A stretch of DNA of 64,000 nt from Octopus vulgaris (GCA_951406725.2 OX597828.1:22940001-23004000), one strand, 5' to 3'. Counted from the stretch's first letter, positions 12,702 to 27,587 are shown. The notes: generated by a model not told the origin, from the sequence alone. A program made the numbers and translations.

Positions 12702-14774
12702 ATAGGCTTACCGGTGTATCAAAACGCCACAAAATGTTTTATCCGCTTCTCAACCAATTCTCCTAAGCGTCCTTATGATCTTTTTACGATACAAAATATC
12801 GTAAGGCGTTTATTTGCATCCGTTACTCTTTAATATTTCTCAATTCTTAACTTTCTTTATCCTTTAATTTCAACTGTTATATATCCTTTAAAAGCCCAGG
12901 TTAATCTCCCATAAATCTCCATTAGGATTAATATCCGAACGCTTAGCATTTCTTAACTAAATACAATACGGCGATTATTTCATTCGTCCCTCTCTATTCA
13001 TTGCTAAATTTATTTTCTTTCTTTCGTCTTCCTTTGATTTGTCGTGTAAATTCCACTTGAAGACAGGCAAGGCAATTCACTTGAATTCAGTTGAAATTTA
13101 AATCATGCAAGATTTACTATCATTGTATATCTTAACGAGACGTAATATTTATTGCTTATCCAAGCTGATAGAATGAAAATGAATACCAAGTCAAATATTA
13201 ACAATTAATTCATATCAATAATATATTAGTTCAGCTATACAATAGAATAAGAATAATATAGTAATAATAATGATAGCGGGATGAAATAAGAGACGTAGCT
13301 ATGGACTAATAGACTAAGAAGGTAATAATGGAGTAACAATAATTTCTGGAGCAGTAATAGACTAACATATAACCACAGCAATAGATTTGATAATATCATA
13401 GGATATTGTATACATTCCAATAATATATACTACGACATAGAATAAAATATATTTATGTATATATGCATTTATATATATATAGGGATGGATGGATATGTGG
13501 GTGTAGTACAACTAGGCAACAAAGAAACTCCTACCTGATCTCCTAGAAGTAGCAGGCAGCCCTTTCCCAAATCACATACCGACATCTTAAAAATTACACC
13601 TTCAGTTATATAGCTGTATATATTTAACGGTTTCAAATATTGGCACAAGGCAAGCAATATCGGGGGAAATAAACGTCGGTTGCCACGATCTCCTTACTTT
13701 CCTTAATGTGTTATAGGAAAGCTTCTAACGAAACAGTATTAAGGAGTAGTTTTGAATCCTTGAACATGGATATTTCACTTCACATAAATAGTCACTCTCG
13801 ATGAGGTAATAACAGCGATTCAAACCTTCACCTTCCTACATTTCATATATCTAGAGCTTTTAAATAATTTATATATGGTAATCGTATATACTATATGATA
13901 TTTTACCTGCTGATGTGCAACAGTAGATCTTCTATAGATACAGTATGAAGGTGTTGTTTTTATTTTCCTTAATATAAATATTTGACTTATATAATAAAAG
14001 ATTCTGATGAATTAATGAAACTAATATCAAATCCCGTTTCTTTTTTACCATCACAAAAGAAGGGCCTTAAGTAATGAAGTGCGAGAGATGAGCCCCTAGA
14101 AATACGGAAATGACTTGTATATTTCAATCCTTGTGTTCCAATGCATAATAAAGGCAAGTCAGAAATTAATGAAAGTTACAATCACACACACACACCTACA
14201 CACAAACCCATACAATACTGTTTTATTGCACTTTTCAAAAGAGCTTTATACGTATTTTAAAAATGTAAACGTATATTATATATGATATATGTTCTGTTTT
14301 AAATCATATTTTTGACCGAATATAATATGTCGGATATTGTACGAGAGGTAAATTGAAAAATATAGGAATTTACGTCAAAGAACGGAAACAGTTATAATAC
14401 CATAGGAATTTATATATATATATAATACAGCATAAAAAAATACCATAAGACATAACATATATCATATCAACTGAGATTTATCAAAGAAAACAATGTGGAG
14501 GAGGAGGGAAAGAGAAAAGGAGAGGGGAAAGAATATAAAGAAGACTTATGCGGAGGAAGGGAGGAATAACAACATGAGCAATAATATTGATAATAGCAAT
14601 AAATAAAGTAACTGTGAAACGATTAAGAAACAGCAAAAAAAGAAATAAGACCAGCGATTGCCAAAATTATGGAGAATCTAGGCAGTGTAACATAGCAGCA
14701 AAGGCTAAGCAGAACATATACTCACATATAGATACAAGAAAAATTACGCTTACTGGCACAGGCTTGCGCACACA

Positions 14775-15345
<571 letters not shown>

Positions 15346-15447
15346 ATTTAAGTACACCCACGCACGCACAAACTAATGGAATGAAGGTGTTGAAATGTAA
15401 ATCCGATCAATGAAATGACCAATGTTTAGCCAGCAGAGCAAGACTGA

Positions 15448-15600
15448 AAATAACAATAACAAGAACAACACCACCAACAACAACAAATGCGATATCAACA
15501 ACAACAACAGCAACAACAATAATAACTAAAACCAGAAGAATAACGTTGATACCAATAAAAATCTCAATAGCAGTGTTAATAATAAGTATACTATACCTAC

Positions 15601-15661
<61 letters not shown>

Positions 15662-15951
15662 TGATAATAATAATAATAATAAAAGAGCAACCGTAGTAAT
15701 GTAAACAAATATAAAACAATAAAATAACCACAACTTCGAATAGTTTGTTGCTGCTGCTACTGTTACTGCTGCTGCTGCTGTTGCTGCTACTGCTGATAAT
15801 AATGATAATACCAATACACATATTGCAGTTATTACTAAGAAGTTTGAAAAACATAACAGAGATAATATTATTAAGCACAAGCATAATGATATCAACAACC
15901 TCAAGGCATCAGCTAAATAATAATAATAATAACAACAACAACAACAATAAC

Positions 15952-15996
<45 letters not shown>

Positions 15997-16099
15997 CATA
16001 ACAACAATGATAATAATAATTATAATGATGTTAATAATAATGATGATGATAATAATAACAACAATAATAATGATAATAATAATAAGGATGAAGATAATG

Positions 16100-16157
<58 letters not shown>

Positions 16158-16179
16158 CACCACCAACAACAACAACAAC

Positions 16180-16223
<44 letters not shown>

Positions 16224-16387
16224 GCATAGCAACAATGATAATAGTAATTATAATGATGTTAATAATAATGATGATGATAATAATAACATTAATAATAATG
16301 ATAATAATAATAATGATGAAGATAATGATAATAATATTAATAATAATAATAATAATAATAATGATAATAATAATAATAATAATAATA

Positions 16388-16443
<56 letters not shown>
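15448..16443. repeat. Trinucleotide low-complexity field (CAA, AAT, GCT, GAT)
   Basis: Direct reading; produces the spurious poly-L/N/D/I ORFs. Confidence 0.95.
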
Positions 16444-16444
<1 letters not shown>

Positions 16445-16799
16445 GCGGGGATGTTGTTGTTAGTGGTAGTGGCTGTGGGCGTTAGTTATAGGAAGGCGAC
16501 GCCTAAGAGAGAAGTAAAGTAGGATTTTCGTTAGAGATTGGTTTGTGCAAAGATATTCAGTCGAGCGCTTGACGTTTCGTCGTTCTGGATGGGAGCCATA
16601 GATCGGTACTCGGAAAGTGCAACATCTGAAGAATCTTCAGATCAGCAACTATGAACAAAATCGAACATAATAGAAGCAAAATATATTACACCGCCACACA
16701 CAATGCACACGATATTATACAGATTTATAGATACATGACTCCAAAACCACTTCCGCACACACACATAAACGCACACACTCACACACAAAGACGTATGTA

Positions 16800-16873
16800 T
16801 ATGCATGTGTTTGTAATAAACACACACACATATATATACGTATATACATATATACATTTATTTATATATACAG

Positions 16874-16931
<58 letters not shown>

Positions 16932-16981
16932 CTATATATATATATGTTTGCGTACGTGTATGTATATAAATGTACACACAC

Positions 16982-17017
<36 letters not shown>

Positions 17018-17183
17018 GTTTGTATGTATATATTTCTATGTATGTGTACATTTATATACATACACACACAAACACACACACATATATATATATGTGTATA
17101 TATATATATACATGTATATATGGGTGTATGTGTCTGTGTATATTTATATATGTGTATGAATGTACGTAAATACATGTTTCTGT

Positions 17184-17228
<45 letters not shown>

Positions 17229-17270
17229 TAGATATATACCCATATATATATATACACATATATATATATC
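16800..17270. repeat. Degenerate (TA)n/(TATG)n field
   Basis: Direct reading. Confidence 0.9.
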
Positions 17271-17762
17271 AACAATTTGTTGTAAATCTTCAAAGAGTAA
17301 AGAGCGATATAACAATAAAACGTTTAGAAATATTTGGTCGGAAGAAAGAAATCCGCGCAATTTTATGTGGGAGGAATATGTTACCAGTGAAGAAATCGTG
17401 GGGATGAGACTTAATTCTTTAGTCTGGCTCAATATTCGTTGATTCGTACTAGGGAATTATTATACGTGTCCAATTTGAAATATACATGAAAAATACAGAT
17501 GTATATAAAATATGACTGCTCTGACAGCAATACGATTATAGATATAATAAAGGTATAAATGCAAGAAATAAATATTGTTAAATTTTTTTAAGAAAATCGT
17601 TTCTAAGTAAGAAAAATGAAAAGGGAAACGTAAATGAAAATATATGCCAGAAAAAAACAAACATGGCGTCCAGGAACATGGAGGAAATTACAAGAAATAA
17701 ATCAAAGAAAGTATGGGCGATATAGAAATATAACCCACATAAAACTATCTATCTATCTGTCC

Positions 17763-17825
<63 letters not shown>

Positions 17826-18632
17826 CGTGTGTGCGTGTGTGTATGTATATATATACATATATGAAATAACTATGCTTATATGTATAGATATATAAATATT
17901 AATATAGGCGTATGTATATATGTAAGTGTGTGTATACACACACACACAATATATATATATATATATATATATATCGATACTTACTGCCACTAAGAGTCTG
18001 TTGTGTAATATCAAAAAGCACTAATAAAAATAGAATTTTTTTTTTACCAAACTCTTACACTTGGTGTGTCAATATGCAACGGATAAAAACAGACACAAAA
18101 TCGACACAAAAAACTGAGAAAATATAAACAAATGATCTTCAAGAAATAATATTAATAATAACAAAGAGGAACGAAATAGATGTCTGGTCGACATTTTTTA
18201 GAAAAATACTTTCTTAAAAGCGACTAGAAAAGATAATGTTTGTTTTGTTTCTTGACGCAGACACTCGATTGACAGGATCGTTAAAATGTCAGAAAAAAAC
18301 CTTTATTGTTTATTGAAACTATTTATTTTCTGAGTTCAAACATCGATGGTGACGAATTCACTAGTTTCAAATATCTTTGCACGACGTTCCGTTGAGTCAC
18401 CTAATTCACCATTGTAATTATAATAACGTTGTTAATTATGTTTTCTACGATAGGGATACACGTATATCGATTCCAGAGTAGATGCAATCGATTTAAAGTA
18501 TTTCCCGGTATTTAGCATAATTTTATTGTGCTTTGTTTCTTCCTTGCCAAGGTGACGATCGTCCGACCTATAGCTTCACGATTTGAAATCATAGGTCGAT
18601 ACAACGAAATACAGTTACATTTACCTTGCCGA

Positions 18633-19430
18633 TAATGGTTTCGAATTTTGCTACAAGGGTAGTAATTTTTTGGAGAGGGGATGAGTCAACTGGTACTTAT
18701 TCTATCCACCAAGAAAATACAAAAGGCAAAGTCGACCTCGGTGCTATTTGAACTTAGAACTTAAAGATGGACGAAATGCCGCCTATTTCATAATACAATG
18801 AAATATAAATCACCACGTATTGCAAAAAATAACAAAGTGAGAAAGATTAATTTACTCCAATAATGGAGTGGCATGAGTCGGAGAGCTATCAGAATCGTTA
18901 TTGCGCAAGGTAGAATGCTTCTGGAAATTTCGTTCTGAATTTAAATTTCACCGAGGTCGTCTTTGCCTTACATCCTTTCGGGTTTGATACCATAAGTATC
19001 AGTTAAGCATTGGGGCCGACGTAATTGACTTACTCGCCTCTCCTCATAAACTGTTGTCCTTCTCTCAAAATTTTAAACCAATAATGGCGTCTTATTTCAT
19101 TAATCTCATATTGACGAAAGGCAAAGGTGACACCAACGCATGTTATTTTGTAAAGGACTCTAACAATTCTGCTAACATCCCTGCCACAATGAACAGAGTA
19201 ATAATAATAGATTTTACAATAGTCGCGAGGCCAGAAATGTGTAAATGGGAGCAGGTTTGTCTCAGACGCAGACGCCTGTAGTTGACTGGTACAGTTTATT
19301 AATCTATGCCAGGAAGATAAAGTAAAACTTTGGCCTCGTTTGGATTTGAATTTCAAACGAAAATAGCTGCGATTAATTACGCTAAATCATTTCTCTCACA
19401 TCCAACTGATTCTTACAACTCGCCGAAACT
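18633..19430. mobile_element. Cluster of diverged SINE family A copies (about 18633-18785 minus, 18880-19075 plus, 19205-19430 minus)
   Basis: 'aaaggcaaagtcgacctcggtgctatttgaacttagaac' and 'caccgaggtcgtctttgccttacatcctttcgggtttgat'. Confidence 0.8.
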
Positions 19431-19512
19431 CTAAACTTGGCACATCCCTTTGTTCTCGAAGAAATAAATACCAGCTGAGCACTAAAGCCGATGTCATCAA
19501 CTAGCGCCTTTC

Positions 19513-20249
19513 TTAACTTTCTGCATTCAAATCCAGCTTAGGTGAACTTTAGTTTATGTAGTTAACCCTTCCGGGTCTATTAAGTACAGTACCAGCTTTG
19601 TACTGGAGGCCGACGTTATCAGTTATCATTACCCCAAAAGTTTAACACCGTACTCTTTCTAACTTGGCAAAATAAAATGCTGTTGTATTCTGGCCACAGT
19701 ATTGTTCATTGTTCTCCATGCTTAAATTATTTTTTTTAGTGTTTATACAAGAAATATCAGACCTTGTGACTATATTAGAAGTGATTATGGTACAAGTCCA
19801 GCAATTTTAGAGCAAGGTAGTAAGTCGATAATACATCATTCTCAGTACGTGGCTGATTATTTTAATGAACATAAAATATGAAGGACAATATCAAGATCAG
19901 AGGAATTAGAACTCAGAATGCTGAGAGCCAGAGCACAGCACTCGGTAATGTCATAGAATTTATAGAGATTTCTTGTATAAACACTGAGAAAGAATTTTAA
20001 GCATAGAGAACAATGAACGACACTGTGGTCAGAATACAAAGAACATTTTATCTTGTCAATTTGGAAAGTGTAAAGCCAGAGTGCACTTCGACGTATTTGA
20101 ACACAGGACGTACGGAGTTAAACTTTTGGGGTAATACGAACTGATAACGTCGTCTCCAGTGCAACGCTGGTACTGTACTCAATAGACCCAGAGGGGTTAA
20201 CTACGCAAAATAAAGTTCACCTCATCGGGATTGAAATGCAGAAAGTTAA
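19513..20249. repeat. Long inverted repeat: arms 19513-19758 and 19965-20249, spacer about 206 bp
   Basis: For example 'ttaccccaaaagtttaacaccgtac' vs 'gtacggagttaaacttttggggtaa', and 'tgtttatacaagaaat' vs 'atttcttgtataaaca'; right arm has about 38 bp extra. Confidence 0.92.
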
Positions 20250-21489
20250 AAGCCAAACCAAATGCCGCAAAGCATTTTCACATACGATCTCACGACTCTA
20301 ACACTCACCCGCCTTGAGTGTTGTCGAAAGTTTAAGAAGTAGCCATAGTTCATGTTGAAGTGTTATAGAAGTTTTCCATCGCTGGTTTTAACTTTCTATT
20401 GGTCGCCATTTTCATGATTTCATGATTTCAGATGTACTTTTAGAAAGAGGGGCAAGTGAAATACGTACAAATGGTCTTTCTCGCAATAATATTGGCAATA
20501 ATAGATAGTAAAAGTAAAATATAATCGATAACTGTAACTTGAATAGGAATAACAACATAACAAACTTTCATTCATTTTAATGAGATAGATTATTGTTAAA
20601 GTGTGTGTCTATGTACACGCTTAACTACTTGTCACAGTGTTTATTGGTGTATAAATGTGTGTTAGTTTGAACGTATATGCGTGACGGATGGACACAGCAA
20701 CGATTATCATTGTATTATAAACGATTTAGCATTGTGGGTAAGCATACTATGTGAGTGGTACTGTGTCTTCTGCAACTGCTGCTGCTGTTATGTCTCCAGT
20801 TAATTCATCTTTAATATATGTGTGTGCGTGTGTGCTGGATATTTGTTGAAAGAAAATATCGTCGCTATTATGTTAAACTCTCGTATGTCGAAATAGGGCC
20901 AAATGTGTTTTTTTTCTATCAATATTTACTTTCGCTTGCAATAGCCGGTTCTTTCGATCAAACAATCATATCTCCAGCTACTTCAGATGCCAAGATAAAA
21001 ATTGGCAAAATGTAGTACAACGGCTTTCCTATAAAATGGTGAAACTATTTTTCTGTTTTCTGAAAAAGCAACGTTTTTGGACTTACGATACTTTTCACGT
21101 AAATGGCAAGGATATTGGATAAGATATCGAAGGAATCATAACATATATTCTGCTCGCACGCACACACAGAAAAAGCCGATGATCATCAGAGTATAAAGAC
21201 GGTAGGATAGAATGTCTTGGTGTAATCATTTCAACTTTGCAGATATGAGTTCAAATCCTACGGGAGCTAGCTTTGTCTATATGTCTCGAAGGCAATTCTG
21301 TCGATATCAGGAAAGATCGGAACCTGTAAAAAAGGAAAGGAAAGGCGAATTCGCGAAAGCTCCTTTCACCATGTACGCATATATATGTGTGTAAGTGTTT
21401 GAATGAGTGTGGGTGTGTTTATGTGAGGGTGTGTACATGCACACACATATATATGTAAGATATATGCATATATCTATTTGTGAAGGTAC

Positions 21490-21718
21490 GTGGTTAAGGT
21501 GAAGTCGTGAGTTCGATTCCAGACGGCCAAAATAAGTTGTGTATGTAATTTATAGGGCCGGTCTTGTCACAATGTGTTACGCTGCATCTCCCTGAGAACT
21601 ACGTTAGGAATACATATATCTGTGGAGTACTAAACCAATTGCGCATCAATTTCACTAGCAGACTACGCCTATGGTCGGGTCCAATAGAATATTCCTCGTC
21701 ATAATCAATGGAGTGTCA
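21490..21718 (+). mobile_element. SINE family D copy with internal deletion
   Basis: 'gtggttaaggtg..gtgagttcgattcc' head and 'ctccctgagaactacgttagg..tctgtggagt' body shared with 28648-28900. Confidence 0.8.
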
Positions 21719-21995
21719 ATTTATATGAACACCAACGAGTGAAAATTACGTCGACACATGAGCGATAATTACAGGACAAATTACCATATATATATGAACC
21801 ATCATGTTAAACTGTAAATTGTTCTATCTCGTCTCTCTCCACTTTTGTCCTTTCAGAACTTTCTGTCAAAGAGCGTAGGCTCAAAATGTCAACCACTTTT
21901 CCATTCTTTCCGAGCATGAAACTAATACACCTGCTAGTTGTTCTCTTACCTGCCTTCGTCATTTGTTTTATGCAAATTTAAATTTGAACTAAATT

Positions 21996-22024
21996 GATAG
22001 ATAGATAGATATATAGATAGATAT

Positions 22025-22103
<79 letters not shown>
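21996..22103. repeat. (GATA)n
   Basis: Direct reading. Confidence 0.97.
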
Positions 22104-22105
<2 letters not shown>

Positions 22106-23029
22106 ACCCGCGGTGGAAACGGTGACTCAATGTGTGGTTTAGAGTTTAAACTATTTTCTTGTTGGATGACGTGAAACAATGAAGGTGTACTCTATATAGC
22201 TTGAACACGCGATATATTTTGAAATACGGCATATTTGGAAGCCATTTAGTTGGGTAAAATCTGGTGTGTGAATGTTTCGTGGACAATTCGCTGCGTCTAT
22301 AGTTCGAAAAAAGAATTGAACCAATCAATGACTCTGTGAGGACGACAATGATAGTGGCAATAATGACGTGATGATGTTGCGAGATGATGGTGATTCAGTC
22401 TGTGAAATTGATACTGTATATGTTATGTTAGTGTAACAATATAGCGGATTGTGTGTGTGTGTGTGTGTACATACATACATACATAGAGAAAGAGTCAGGG
22501 TGTGGGGGAGTTGGAGAAAGCGATCCGAAAACAGAGACACGGTCCATCGTATAAATAGTATATTCTATGTATAGATCTATGTTCTATACTACAACACCCG
22601 CCAAATTTAGGTTCTATGTGTTTTGCTTTTTAACAACAGTTTCCTTGTCACATTAAAATCTTATAGAATTACTTGGAAATCAACCAAAATTAGTAACAAA
22701 TGTAGATTTTTCTCTCTTGCTACTTTTAATGCATTTAGTTGTATAGTTTTCTAGATTTTAACTTGTGATTTTTTTTTTTTTCACTTTCGGGTTCTTTTAG
22801 TTTTTCTTTTTCTTTCATTTTATCCATTTTTTTTTTGTTGCTTCATTCTGCAGCTTAATAAGGGGAAATTAACATCCTAGTAATTATATATGTTGAACAC
22901 ATAAGTGAGTTGTGCGATCTAAATGATATTCCGAAACGTATTTTATTCAAAGGGCCTTTTAAGGTGTTTATTTCGTCGTTTTTTTCTTTATGACTACAGG
23001 AGACATCTTTTATTTTTGTCAGTTATCAT

Positions 23030-23170
23030 TCAGTTGTTTCACTCATTGGACTGCGGCCATACTGGGGCATTGTGTTGTAGGATCTAGTCGAAAAAATCAG
23101 CGCCAGTACTTATTTATAAACACTGGTTGTAATTCTGTTGTTACATGGACGTAAATACACCAACACAAGA
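23030..23170 (-). mobile_element. SINE family B 3' fragment
   Basis: 'ttgtttcactcattggactgcggccatactggggca..tagtcga..ccagtacttat..ggacgtaaatacaccaac'. Confidence 0.75.
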
Positions 23171-23227
23171 CACATTCACACATACGTATACAAGTCTGTC
23201 GGTATATATATATATACATATACGTGC

Positions 23228-23270
<43 letters not shown>

Positions 23271-23580
23271 AATTTTAGGGTTCTAGGGATTCGGATACTT
23301 TAAAGAGCAAAGCATCAAGGCCGGATCGGTGTTATCGCTATCACGAGCAAAACATATTTGAAGACAATTATGAACTTAGTAAATTAAACACGGAATTATA
23401 TCCCGGTTTTGTCGATGAACACAAATTGACGACTGAATACTACGAGGCCTGAAGGTCGCACGTTGTTATAAACACTACCACCAAGAGAATCGAGATCCAA
23501 GGGAATTGCGGGTTTTGAGTTAAGTGAATGGTAAACAAACAAAAAACAGCGAACCACAACCCATTTGTTAATATTTGTAA

Positions 23581-23693
<113 letters not shown>

Positions 23694-23704
23694 AATATAT
23701 ATGT

Positions 23705-23748
<44 letters not shown>

Positions 23749-23791
23749 AATATTTGTTGTGCAAGATTTTTTATGTGAAGAAGAAAACAAA

Positions 23792-23836
23792 GGACCACTG
23801 ATGCGGTCACAGGAGTGTGACGAAAGAACTCTGGCC
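23792..23836 (+). ncRNA. Minimal type-I hammerhead-like motif (A9 replaced by C)
   Basis: cca-CTGATGC-g-GTCACA(ggag)TGTGAC-GAAA-gaac-TC-tgg. Confidence 0.5.
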
Positions 23837-23944
23837 GAATTAAGATTAATGTAAAAAATAAATAACACTGAAGCAAAATAACACCAAATATATAGTGCGT
23901 GTGTTTTTATTGGCTAAACTGGCAAAATGACCATTCCGAAATAT

Positions 23945-24005
<61 letters not shown>

Positions 24006-24469
24006 AAATATGTTACAAAATTATAAAAATAATCTACACGTGTAAATGTAAGGGGAAAGTAAGAAGAAAAATAATGCACATTGGAAATCAAATAAATGTG
24101 AAGGCTTTTTATGAAAAGTAACGATAGATATATACAATTAGATGAACTGAGGTAGGAATAGAAGTAATAAAAGTCATTATTGTGAATTGTTAAAGAGATT
24201 CAAATGCATATCAGTTTCGTAAACTTACCAATCATTGGTTTGAATGCACACCGATTACTGTACGGTGTCAGGTCTAATAGTCCCTGAGTAAAAAGATTAT
24301 GTGTAAGGGAGGTAAGTAGTTCTGGATTTGGTGCAATTAGGGTAGATATAGTTCTGTAATGTGAATGGTGTAAGGGATGTGTGGGGGTTAGTAGTATTTA
24401 ATTAAAAGGTTAGTAGTGTCCTGTATTATGTTATGTGTTCATATTGAGTTAATGCCATAGATCCGTCTG

Positions 24470-25060
24470 TGACATATGATGGAAACGTTCCCGTTGGTTA
24501 AGGTGGTATCCATATGTGACCCATGCCTCGCAAGCATAAAGAAGAGAAAACAGTACACACGCCTTTCCGAATTCTGTATAGAATTTCATTATCCAAATTG
24601 CTATATCTATTAACAGTGCTTCCCAGGTAGACAAACTGATCAACTACACCAAGTCGTTTACCTTACACATATATATTTGGTTCACTACACTGCTTACCAG
24701 GGGTAGGTTGGTACATGACAACTGTTTTCTTGAGACTAACAGCCAATCCTAAGGTTGTGGAAGCATCAGAGAATGCATTCAAAATGTGTTGCATATCAAT
24801 CTCCGTGTGTGTTACTATATCACAATCATCTGCATACAAAAGGTATCTTATGATAAAAGTAAATAACTTTGTTTTTGCAGAAAAGCGCCTGTTATTAAAT
24901 ATGCTGCCAGAGGTTCGATAATGGATGTAAACGCTATATCTGCAATTTCTGAACGCAATACAAAAAAAAAACCATCGCAAAATATATGGCAAACAGGGTT
25001 GGTGCGAGAATATCCCTCTGTTCCAATCTATTGTGTATAGAGATGGGCTCCGACATTTTA
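24470..25060 (-). pseudogene. RTE-clade non-LTR retrotransposon reverse transcriptase fragment (frameshifted, in-frame stop, internal deletion)
   Basis: Successive frames give LEQRDILAPTLFAIYF (QG..LAPTLF motif), YRTSGSIFN..RYLLYADDC..DMQHILNAFSDASTTLGLAVSLKKTVVMYQP, GKRLGVVDQFVYLGSTV..LDNEILYRIRK and ACVLFSLLYACEAW..ERFHH, the motif order of RTE-type ORFs. Confidence 0.92.
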
Positions 25061-25749
25061 ACACTAACATTAACCCTACACTTCATGCATTGATGAAAAG
25101 ACCTAAAATACATACATACATAAATCCATACATACAAACACACATGTAAGTATTTTCCGGTTACAATTCCACAATTTCAATATCACCGATCGTATTGTTA
25201 CTGATATTTGTAGGATATAGAACAATGAAGCAAAACATCTAGTATATGACTAGGAAATATAGAATAACAGGTTGTTATTGGATAATGATACGACTATAGT
25301 TTACAATGTAGAGGGTGGCGGGCAATTTCTTAGCACAAAATATCTATGTCTACAAACGACATGTATGGTCATATACGAATAAAATAGCAAATATCCCTAT
25401 ATCCAAACGATAAATGCAATTGCGAATAATGTATAAGATACCAAAAGTATATAATAAGGTGATTGTACAGCTGTAAAATATTTGAAATAGAAAGTAAAAA
25501 ATTATTTATCTTCCTAAAGATGACCATGTATTTCTACAAACAGAATAGATATTAGTGCTTGAAATAGTTATATGCATCTACATAATTGCAAAGGAAATAC
25601 TGCAGGGTGCCTGTGTAATAGCCTAAAATATCAGTCCACTGATACAAGCCGTAGTTGTCTTGAAATTACAAAAATAAATTTACGGTACAGCTAAGGCTGC
25701 AGCATAAATTTCAATGGAACCTGCCGCATACATACATACATACAAACAT

Positions 25750-25803
<54 letters not shown>

Positions 25804-25922
25804 TATATACACACACACACGCACACACATATATGTATGAATATATACATATATATTGCATACATATATAAATGTTTGTATACTTATATATATTTATACA
25901 TCTATATACAAGTAGGTATACA

Positions 25923-25994
<72 letters not shown>

Positions 25995-26355
25995 CATATA
26001 TATATATGTGTGTGTGTGTATATATATATATATGTGTAGATATATATGTATGTCTGTATACATAAAACAATAAATAACTGTTATCTTATTGAAAATAGAA
26101 AATATATATGTAAATCATTGATATAATTGCGCAGTGAAGAACATGGGATGTTGGGAATGGGAAATACTACGAGCAAAAAATATTGAAGATTTCAATTCCT
26201 GCTATCATGATATAAACAAAATCAAATTCTTACAAATCATCGACAGACTTCAAAGAGTAAGAAAGAATTTCTAGATGGATCTCCTTCTCATATGTACACA
26301 TGCATGTGTGTTTCCATGTTTCTGTGTATGTGTGTATATATATATGTATGTGCAC

Positions 26356-26405
<50 letters not shown>

Positions 26406-26459
26406 TAGCATGAAGGTGTGCAGAAATATATGTGTAAATATATATATATATATATATAT

Positions 26460-26494
<35 letters not shown>

Positions 26495-26649
26495 TATAGA
26501 TATCAAACGTTTTCTCGATACACACCTAAACATATACATACACACAAACTCGTACATATTTATACATATGTGTGCATATATATAAATGTGTGTGTATGTG
26601 TTTGAGTGTGTGTGTGTGTGTATGTGTGTGTGTGTGTGTGTGTGTAAAA

Positions 26650-26674
26650 GATGGATAGATAGATAGATAGATAT

Positions 26675-26716
<42 letters not shown>

Positions 26717-26729
26717 GGATAGATAGATG

Positions 26730-26796
<67 letters not shown>

Positions 26797-26797
26797 G

Positions 26798-26868
<71 letters not shown>

Positions 26869-26881
26869 GGATAGATAGATG

Positions 26882-26957
<76 letters not shown>

Positions 26958-26963
26958 TATAGA
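26650..26963. repeat. (GATA)n of about 310 bp with GATG variants
   Basis: Direct reading. Confidence 0.97.
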
Positions 26964-27465
26964 TGTACTCGTGTTCGTGTGTATGTCTGTATGTATGTAT
27001 AAAAATGTTAAAAGTTTATAAAAGCGTAACTAAGTTCACGTCTCATTAGTTCTGGCATTAGACTATCAAACAATCATAAGAGGTATTTAGTGATTTTTAT
27101 ATTAACAAATATGGGTGCCAATTCATGTGTGCGCGTACACACACTCATACATACACACGCACACAAGCACACAGTTCTCTCTCTCGTTGTCTCTCTCTTA
27201 TTCTTTCCTTCTCCCTTTGCGTGCGTGTTTGTGCATATATAAATATAAAGACATGTACATGTCTATATATCTATACATAGCGCTAAGAAGTACCAATAAC
27301 TCACGAAATATGCATATATACATACATACATATATAGAGAGAGACAGGGTAAGAATGAGAAAGGGACCATATTAGAAGTAAATATATAATCAAGCACGTA
27401 TCTATAGTCATATTTACATCTGTATCCTTAAATATGTATATATGCATATGCATATGTGCGCTGCG

Positions 27466-27587
<122 letters not shown>

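Noticed and set aside
15745-16485. 246-aa ORF with apparent signal peptide and poly-N/D
   Set aside because: Made entirely of trinucleotide repeats with several frames open; no independent coding signal
16566-16642. atctgaagaatcttcagat palindrome with minus-strand CTGAAGA..GAAACGTC
   Set aside because: No stem II or stem I pairing consistent with a hammerhead
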